The notes under the pieces: generated by a model
Told to the model about the DNA's origin: nothing
The model's input: only the letters and a program-made list of their open reading frames with translations
Databases searched by the model: none
Made by a program: the position numbers and the translations under genes
Assembly: GCA_965203055.1 (NCBI GenBank)
Contig: OZ241863.1
Span: forward strand, 1,216,001 to 1,280,000
Direction: 5' to 3'
Length of the DNA stretch: 64,000 nucleotides
Source: Spirochaetia bacterium
Lineage (GTDB): Bacteria > Spirochaetota > Spirochaetia > SZUA-6 > Bin103
Shown here: positions 57,729 to 64,000 of the stretch, one piece after another
Layout of the letters: each line of letters opens with the position of its first letter
How positions within the stretch are numbered: the first letter of the stretch is position 1

Positions 57729-59708
57729 ATGCGGCATCTCTCGACGGCGCTCCGGATCGGCTTGCTCCTCGGCTTGGCGGCGGCGCCGGCCGGCGTGCCC
57801 GGCGCCGCGCCGGTGCTGGCGCCGGCAGCGCGGCCGGCGGCGGCCACCGCCGCGGTCCTGCGCCACGACGCGTCGGTCAGCGAGCGCAACGCGCTGATCG
57901 TCGAGGTGCGGGTAGCGCTGGCGCGGGCGGCGCGGGTGTTCGTCGAGTACGACAACCCGCAGGCCGGGCGCTACCGCACGCCGCTGAGCGAACCGGGCGC
58001 CGAGCACGCCGTCCCGCTCGTCCGGCTGCGCCCGGAGACGACCTACGACTACACCATCTTCGTGGTGGAGGGCGCCGCGGTGGGGGACTTCGCGGTGGCG
58101 GGGGCCGCGCCCGACGGCGCCGCGCCCGACGGCGCGCAGGCGGCCGACGGCTTCGCGGGCGCCGGCGCGGGCGGGCGGTTCACCACCGGGCCGCTGCCGC
58201 TGGCCCTGGCCGCCATCCCGATGCAGGTGCGCGGCCGGAGCTCGCAGCCGCTCATCCTGTCCGATCATCCGCGCGGGTACTACGTCTTCCGGGACGAGGT
58301 GGGCGGCATCGTCTGGTACCATTATCATGCGGGGTCCGACGGCCCGATCGCGCAGTTGCCCGCCGGCAACCTGCTGTTCGCGCGCGCCGGCGCTCTGGTC
58401 GAGATCACCCCGTTGGGAGCGGTGGTCGACCGGTTCGAGCGGGGCGGCGCCGCGGGGAATCCTCACCACGGCCTCGCCGTGCTCGACTCCGGCGGCGGCG
58501 CCGGCGGCGAACGGGTGATCTACCTGAGCCGCGGGCCGCCGCAGGAGGGGCCCGGGTTCGTCGACCGGCTGCGCGTCTGGGACCGGGAGCGCGGGCGCTT
58601 CGATCAGGTCTGGGACTCGCAGGAGGCCTGGAACCTGACGCGGCCCGCCGGCGGCGGCTTCAGTTGGGCGCACCTCAACTCGGTGAGCATCGGCCCGCGC
58701 GGCAACGTCGTCCTCTCCTCCCGCACGCGCCATCAAGTGGTCTCGCTCGACGCCGATTCGTGGACGATCGAATGGCAACTGCACGGACCGGACAGCGATT
58801 ACCGGTTCCCGGACCCGACCGACCGGTTCTACGGGCAGCACACCGCGGCGCAGCTCGACGACGGCAACGTCCTGCTGTTCGACAACGGCTGGGGGCGGCC
58901 CGCGGCGGAGGGCGGGCGCTACTCGCGCGCGCTGGAGCTGCGGCTGGACGAGGCGGCCGGCACCGCGGTGAAGGTGTGGGAGTACCGGCCAACGCCGGAC
59001 ATCTACGTCGGCGCCAAGGGCAGCGCCTACCGGCTGCGCAACGGCAACACGCTGATCAACTTCTCCCGCGGCGACCAGGCGGGAGGCCGCTCCCTGGTCG
59101 AGGTGGACGCCGCCGGTAACGAAGTGTTCCGCATCGACACCCTGCCATTGCATGCCGGTTGGGACCTGCCGACCCGGTATCGAGCCACCGCCGGCAGCGG
59201 GGCGATCATGGGCGAGACCATGCTGCGCCCGCCGGCCGCGGCGCCCGCGCACCTGCGCGCCGCGGCGGCGAGCAGGGAGCACTCCCTGGCGAAGGAGCGG
59301 GCGCGGTTCCGCGCGCTGGAGGCGACCCTGGAGGGCCGGCCGCGCGCCGCCGCCGGAACGTTCGACCTGTATGCGGCCGCGGGCCGGCTGGTATACGCGA
59401 AGGAGCCGTGCGCGCCGCAGGACGTGCGGGCGCCGTTCTTCCTGCACGTCTTCCCGGCCGCCGCAGCCGATCTGCCCCCCGCCGCCCGGGAGCAGGGCTT
59501 CGTCAATCTCGACTTCGGGTTCCGGCGCGACTTCGCGTTCCGCTCCGAAGGCTTTCTTTGGGACGGCGCCTGCCTGGTGGCCGCGGCGCTGCCGGAGTAT
59601 GAGATCTCGCACGTCCGCACCGGCCAGTTCATCCGCGCCGGCGGTCGGCGCCTCTGGAGCGTGGAGTTCCCGCTCGCGCCGACCGCCGCCGCCGGCGGTC
59701 GGCGCTGA
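57729..59708 (+). CDS. Secreted aryl-sulfate sulfotransferase (ASST) family protein
   Basis: Signal peptide, PHHG, WAHLNS, SSR, FYGQH.A, LLFDNG and SAYRL.NGNTLI. Confidence 0.85.
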   Translation: MRHLSTALRIGLLLGLAAAPAGVPGAAPVLAPAARPAAATAAVLRHDASVSERNALIVEVRVALARAARVFVEYDNPQAGRYRTPLSEPGAEHAVPLVRLRPETTYDYTIFVVEGAAVGDFAVAGAAPDGAAPDGAQAADGFAGAGAGGRFTTGPLPLALAAIPMQVRGRSSQPLILSDHPRGYYVFRDEVGGIVWYHYHAGSDGPIAQLPAGNLLFARAGALVEITPLGAVVDRFERGGAAGNPHHGLAVLDSGGGAGGERVIYLSRGPPQEGPGFVDRLRVWDRERGRFDQVWDSQEAWNLTRPAGGGFSWAHLNSVSIGPRGNVVLSSRTRHQVVSLDADSWTIEWQLHGPDSDYRFPDPTDRFYGQHTAAQLDDGNVLLFDNGWGRPAAEGGRYSRALELRLDEAAGTAVKVWEYRPTPDIYVGAKGSAYRLRNGNTLINFSRGDQAGGRSLVEVDAAGNEVFRIDTLPLHAGWDLPTRYRATAGSGAIMGETMLRPPAAAPAHLRAAAASREHSLAKERARFRALEATLEGRPRAAAGTFDLYAAAGRLVYAKEPCAPQDVRAPFFLHVFPAAAADLPPAAREQGFVNLDFGFRRDFAFRSEGFLWDGACLVAAALPEYEISHVRTGQFIRAGGRRLWSVEFPLAPTAAAGGRR

Positions 59709-59717
59709 AGGGGAGCG

Positions 59718-61979
59718 CTACTCGTCTCCTCCTATCCGCACCCGAAGCTGCTGGCCGGCCAGGGTCTGGCGCGCCCAGAACAGGTTCTGGCTCGGATCGT
59801 TGCCGCCCGCCGCCAGGTTGGCGGTGGCGGTCGCGGTGGTGCCGCCGGCCGGCGCCGCGGCAAAGGTCACGGTCGGGGCGGTCACGTAGCCGCTCCCCGC
59901 GTTGGTGATCCTCACCGACCGGATGCGGTATTCGAAGACCGCGGTGCCGACCGCGGTGGTGGCGCCGCTCGGCGCCGCCGTAAAGGTCACGGTCGGGGCC
60001 GAGGTGTAGCCGCTGCCGGGGTTGGTGACCGTCGCCGTCGGGACGGCGTAGGACATCACCGGGGTGGCGGTCGCCCCGCTGCCGCCGCCGCCGGTAAAGG
60101 AGACGGTGGGCGCCGAGGTGTAGCCGCTGCCGGCGGTGCCGACCATCACCGAGCCGACCCCGTAGTTCATCACCGCGGTGCCGGTCGCCGCGGTGCCGGT
60201 CGACGGCGCCGAAAAGGTCACGGTGGGGGCGGAGGTGTAGCCGCTGCCCTCGTTGGTGACCGTCACCTCGTCTGCCTCGACGAGCACGGTCGCGGTGGCG
60301 GTCGCGCCGCTGCCGCCGCCGCCGGTAAGGGAGACGGTGGGAGCCGAGGTGTAGCCGCTGCCGCCGTTGGTGACCTCAACCCCGGTGACGGTGCTGTGCA
60401 ACGTCGCCGCGTAGCCGGCCCCGCTGCCGCCGCCGCCGGTAAAGGTGATCGTAGGGGCGGAGGTGTAGCCGCTCCCCGCGTTGGTGATGATCACCCCGCG
60501 AATGTTGGGGAACATCCTCGCGGTGGCGGCGCCGCCGCTGCCGCCGCCGCTGTCGGTAATGGTGATCGTGGGGGGCGAGGTGTAGCCGCGCCCCCGGTTT
60601 TGCCAGGTTGCCGAGGCCAACACGATGCGGTCGAACCGCCCGTCGGCAAACCTCCGCGCGCTGCCGGTCGTCCTGGTGCCGCCGGCCGGCGGCGCCGAGA
60701 AGGTCGCGGTGATGGCGGCCGTGTAGCCGCTCCCGAAGGCGGTTCTCGTCGTCCCCTGGACGGAGTCGGGTCCCCACGCGACGCCGGTCGCCCTGGTGCC
60801 GCCGGACGGCGGCGCCGAGAAGGTCGCGGTCGGGACCGAGGTGTAGCCGCTCCCGTACTGATTGCCGATCCTCGTCACGGAAGCGACGCTGCCGGGCCCG
60901 GTCGCGGTGGCGGTCGCCCCGCTGCCGCCGCCGCCGGAGAAGGAGACGGTGGGGGGCGAGGTGTAGCTGCTGCCGGCGGTCCCGACCGTCACCGAAGTGA
61001 CCTGCCCTCGTATCGTCGCGGTGGCGGCCGCGCCGCTGCCGCCGCCGCCCGAAATGGTGACGGTGGGCGCCGAGGTGTAGCCCGATCCCCGGGTATCGAG
61101 CGTCACGTCAGCGACCGTGCCGCTGACCGCCGCGGTGCCGGCCGCGTCGGTGCCGCCGGCGGGCGCCGCCGTGAAGGCGACGGTGGGCGCCGAGGTGTAG
61201 CCGCTGCCGGCGGTATCCACGTCCACCGAAGCGACGCGGCCGTTGACGTCCGCGGTGGCGGTCGCCGTGGTGCCGCCGGGCGGCGGCGCCGAGAGGGTCA
61301 CGCCGGGGGGCGAGGTGTAGCCGGCGCCGGCGGTCGTGACGTTCACCGAATCGACGAGGCCGACGCCCGCAACGACGCCGGTGGCGGTGGTGCCGCCCGG
61401 CGGCGGCGCCGAAAAGGTCACGCTCGGCGCCGCCTGGTAGCCGCTGCCCCGCTCGGTAAACGTGACCGACTCGACGGTGTCCGGGGCTCCCGACTGATCC
61501 GGGGCGGTGAGCACCAGCACGATCGCGCCCGCGCTCACTTCGAAGCCGACCTTCCACTCCGCGCCGCTGATGTCGGTGGCGAAGGCCGGCGCGGTCGCCG
61601 TGCTCGTGAACGGCAGCTCGTTGCCGCCGATCGACACGGTCACCGTTTCGCCATCGGCGCCGGTGAGCCCGTCCCAGGCGAACGGCGCGGAGCGGATCGT
61701 CAAGGCGCTCGGGTCCGCTGCGTCAGGCAGCGGCAGCGCCGATGACCAGGCATCCTCCCCGATGTCCCAGCGCTGCTCGGCCGCCGGCGCAGTCGGGTCC
61801 GGCGCGGTCGGCGACCCGCCATTGCCGCCGGCGCCTCCGCCGGCTCCGTTTCCACCCGCGCCGCCCGCGCCGCCGGCGCCGGTACCGCCCGGCCGGGCCG
61901 TCTGCTGGCACGCCAGCAGGGCGATGCCGATGACTGCCGCCAGCGCCAGAAGCGCTGCCTTGCCGCTCTTGCCGCTCAT
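59718..61979 (-). CDS. Repeat-rich surface lipoprotein, paralog 2 (14 GSGY repeats)
   Basis: Start MSGKSGK, lipobox LLAC, same N- and C-terminal domains as paralog 1. Confidence 0.85.
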   Translation of the reverse strand: MSGKSGKAALLALAAVIGIALLACQQTARPGGTGAGGAGGAGGNGAGGGAGGNGGSPTAPDPTAPAAEQRWDIGEDAWSSALPLPDAADPSALTIRSAPFAWDGLTGADGETVTVSIGGNELPFTSTATAPAFATDISGAEWKVGFEVSAGAIVLVLTAPDQSGAPDTVESVTFTERGSGYQAAPSVTFSAPPPGGTTATGVVAGVGLVDSVNVTTAGAGYTSPPGVTLSAPPPGGTTATATADVNGRVASVDVDTAGSGYTSAPTVAFTAAPAGGTDAAGTAAVSGTVADVTLDTRGSGYTSAPTVTISGGGGSGAAATATIRGQVTSVTVGTAGSSYTSPPTVSFSGGGGSGATATATGPGSVASVTRIGNQYGSGYTSVPTATFSAPPSGGTRATGVAWGPDSVQGTTRTAFGSGYTAAITATFSAPPAGGTRTTGSARRFADGRFDRIVLASATWQNRGRGYTSPPTITITDSGGGSGGAATARMFPNIRGVIITNAGSGYTSAPTITFTGGGGSGAGYAATLHSTVTGVEVTNGGSGYTSAPTVSLTGGGGSGATATATVLVEADEVTVTNEGSGYTSAPTVTFSAPSTGTAATGTAVMNYGVGSVMVGTAGSGYTSAPTVSFTGGGGSGATATPVMSYAVPTATVTNPGSGYTSAPTVTFTAAPSGATTAVGTAVFEYRIRSVRITNAGSGYVTAPTVTFAAAPAGGTTATATANLAAGGNDPSQNLFWARQTLAGQQLRVRIGGDE

Positions 61980-62062
61980 CCCTCTTACCTTCCTTGCCAC
62001 GTGATTCCTTCCTCCCGTATGGCGCCGGCCGGAGCTGCCGGCGGCGCGAATTCTGGTTCTAT

Positions 62063-62076
62063 GGGGGGGGGGGGGG
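62063..62076. repeat. Poly-G(14) homopolymer between paralogs 3 and 2
   Basis: 14 consecutive G counted. Confidence 0.9.
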
Positions 62077-62083
62077 TAGCGCA

Positions 62084-64000
62084 TCACTCTTCTCCTCCTA
62101 CCTGCACCCGAAGCTGCCGGCCGGCCAGGGTCTGGCGCGCCCAGAACAGGTTCTGGCTCGGATCGTTGCCGCCCGTCGCCAGGATGGCGGTGCCGGTCGC
62201 GGTGGTGCCGCTCGTCGGCGCCGTAAAGGTCACGGTCGGCGCGGTCGCGTAGCCGCTCCCGCCGTTGGTGATCTCCACCGACCGGATGACGTATTCGAAG
62301 ACCGCGGTGCCGACCGCCCTGGTGCCGCCGGTCGGCGCCGCCGAGAAGGAGACGGTCGGGGCCGAGGTGTAGCTGCCGGGGTTGGTGACCGTCGCCGACG
62401 GGACGGCGTAGGCCATCACCGCGGTGGCGGTCGCCCCGCTGCCGCCGCCGCCGCCGGAAAAGGAGACGGTGGGCGCCGAGGGGTAGCCGCTCCCCGCGGT
62501 GCCGGGCGTCACCGAGGCGACCCCGTAGTTCATCACCGCGGTGCCGGTCGCGGTGGTGCCGCCGCTCGGCGCCGCCGTAAAGCCCACGGTGGGCGCGGAG
62601 GTGTAGCCGCTTCCGCCGCTGGAGACCTGCACGTCGTCCACCGCCTGGGATATCACCGCGGTGGCGGTCGCCCCGCTGCCGCCGCCGCCGGAAAAGGAGA
62701 CGGTGGGCGCGGAGGTGTAGCCGCTTCCCCCGCTGGTGACCGTCACCCCGGTGACGGTGGCGCCCATCACCGCGACGTAGGTGGCCGCGGTGACGCCGCT
62801 GCCGCCGCCGGTAAAGGTGATCGTGGGGCGCGAGGTGTAGCCGCTCCCGGCGTTGGTGACGTCGACCCGTTGCACGCTCGGGTACCTTGACGCGGTAGCG
62901 GCGGCTCCGCTGCCGGGGCCGCCAAAGGTGATCGTGGGGTCCGAGGTGTAACCCGCTCCCCGGTTCACCATATTTATTCTTTGGACGCCGTTCTGGGTGC
63001 ACCCCGTCGGCCCCGACCCGCCTGCATAGATGAGCGTGGTGCCGGTCGCCCTGGTGCCGCCGGTCGGCGGCGGCGAGAAGGTCACGGTGGGCGGCGTCGT
63101 GTAGAGGCTGCCGCAGGCGGTCATCACGACCCTGCGGACGGCGTCGGGCCCCCATGCGGTGCCGGTCGCGGTGGTGCCGCCGGCCCGTTGCGGCGCCGAG
63201 AAGGTCACGGTGGGCCTCAAGGTGTAGCCGCTGCCGTAGCCACTGTTGGCGGCCAATCCGTTCCGCACCGTGGACGCGACCCGGTCGGGGCCGGTCGCGT
63301 CGCCGGTCGCGCCGCTGCCGCCGCCGCCCGAAAAGCTCACCGCGGGGGGCGAGGTGTAGCTGCTGCCGGCGGTCCCCATCGTCACCGAAGTGACGCTGCC
63401 GCTGGTCGTCGCGGCGGCGGTCGCGCCGCTGCCGCCGCCGCCCGTAAAGGAGACCGTGGGCGCCGACGTGTAGCCGCTGCCGGCGGCCCCGAGCGTCACG
63501 TCAGCGACGCTGCCGCTGACCGCCGCGGTGCCGGCCGCGTCGGTGCCGCCGGCCGGCGCCGCCGAGAAGGAGACGGTGGGCGCCGAGGTGTAGCCGCTGC
63601 CGGCGGTATCGACCGTCACCGAGGTGACGCTGCCGCTGAGGTCCGCGGTGGCGGCCGCCCCGCTGCCGCCGCCGCCGGAAAAGGAGATGGTGGGCGCCGA
63701 GGTGTAGCCGGCGCCGGCGGTCGTGACGTTCACCGAACCGACGCCGCCGCCGCCCGCTACGTCGGCGGTTGCCCGGGTGCCGCCGGCCGGCGGCGCCGAA
63801 AGGGTCACGGTGGGCGCCGAGGTGTAGCCGCTGCCCCGCTCGTTGATCCTGACCGACGCGACGGTGTCCGAGGCGCCCGACTGATCCGGGGCGGTGAGCA
63901 CCAGCACGATCGCGCCCGCGCTCACTTCGGCGCCAACCGTCCACTGCGCGCCTGAGAGGTCGTCGGCGAAGGTCGGCGCGGTCGCGGTGCTCGTGAACGG
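62084..64000 (-). CDS. Repeat-rich protein, paralog 3 (14 GSGY repeats); 5' end beyond the window
   Basis: Frame open to the edge (PFTSTATAPTF), same domains and NLFWARQTL C-terminus. The lipobox is not visible. Confidence 0.85.
   Translation of the reverse strand, partial: PFTSTATAPTFADDLSGAQWTVGAEVSAGAIVLVLTAPDQSGASDTVASVRINERGSGYTSAPTVTLSAPPAGGTRATADVAGGGGVGSVNVTTAGAGYTSAPTISFSGGGGSGAAATADLSGSVTSVTVDTAGSGYTSAPTVSFSAAPAGGTDAAGTAAVSGSVADVTLGAAGSGYTSAPTVSFTGGGGSGATAAATTSGSVTSVTMGTAGSSYTSPPAVSFSGGGGSGATGDATGPDRVASTVRNGLAANSGYGSGYTLRPTVTFSAPQRAGGTTATGTAWGPDAVRRVVMTACGSLYTTPPTVTFSPPPTGGTRATGTTLIYAGGSGPTGCTQNGVQRINMVNRGAGYTSDPTITFGGPGSGAAATASRYPSVQRVDVTNAGSGYTSRPTITFTGGGSGVTAATYVAVMGATVTGVTVTSGGSGYTSAPTVSFSGGGGSGATATAVISQAVDDVQVSSGGSGYTSAPTVGFTAAPSGGTTATGTAVMNYGVASVTPGTAGSGYPSAPTVSFSGGGGGSGATATAVMAYAVPSATVTNPGSYTSAPTVSFSAAPTGGTRAVGTAVFEYVIRSVEITNGGSGYATAPTVTFTAPTSGTTATGTAILATGGNDPSQNLFWARQTLAGRQLRVQVGGEE

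Noticed and set aside
59718..63155. 1145-aa ORF apparently fusing paralogs 3 and 2 across the poly-G
   Set aside because: The upstream part is an off-frame reading of paralog 3, which has its own stop (62084-62086) before the tract. Paralog 2 has its own RBS, start and lipobox at 61979.

Overview
High-GC bacterial DNA, possibly from a host-associated Spirochaetota-like organism. This is inferred from NusG-domain-II, amidase-GerMN, Uma2/Rpn/AAA-ATPase-like, aryl-sulfotransferase and PhyH genes and is not verified. The main content is as follows. (1) A ~21.6 kb co-oriented defence island (13344-34953) with a BREX-related/restriction-like core (DUF499-type ATPase, PglZ-like phosphoesterase, DUF1156-type adenine methyltransferase, a small gene, SNF2 helicase). 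Interleaved with the core are two different MORC/GHKL-histidine-kinase plus receiver modules (one with Dcm and Vsr, bounded by a 19-bp direct repeat; one with an MBL hydrolase), a low-GC HEPN/Zn-finger gene and an AbiEii-like pair. (2) Three paralogous repeat proteins, two of them visibly lipoproteins. Each has exactly 14 GSGY repeats and a variable central segment, and two are preceded by long poly-G tracts. (3) An intact ISKra4/ISLre2-like IS with a 9-bp target duplication. (4) A frameshifted HNH nuclease gene carrying an in-frame palindrome array, with fragments elsewhere in the window. (5) A corrinoid methyltransferase operon, a coxG-S-L-M molybdenum hydroxylase operon and housekeeping genes (xseAB, amidase, PCD, ManC-like, Na+/H+ antiporter, NUDIX). 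No rRNA, tRNA, CRISPR or reverse transcriptase was recognised. All family calls come from motifs read by eye; no searches were run.
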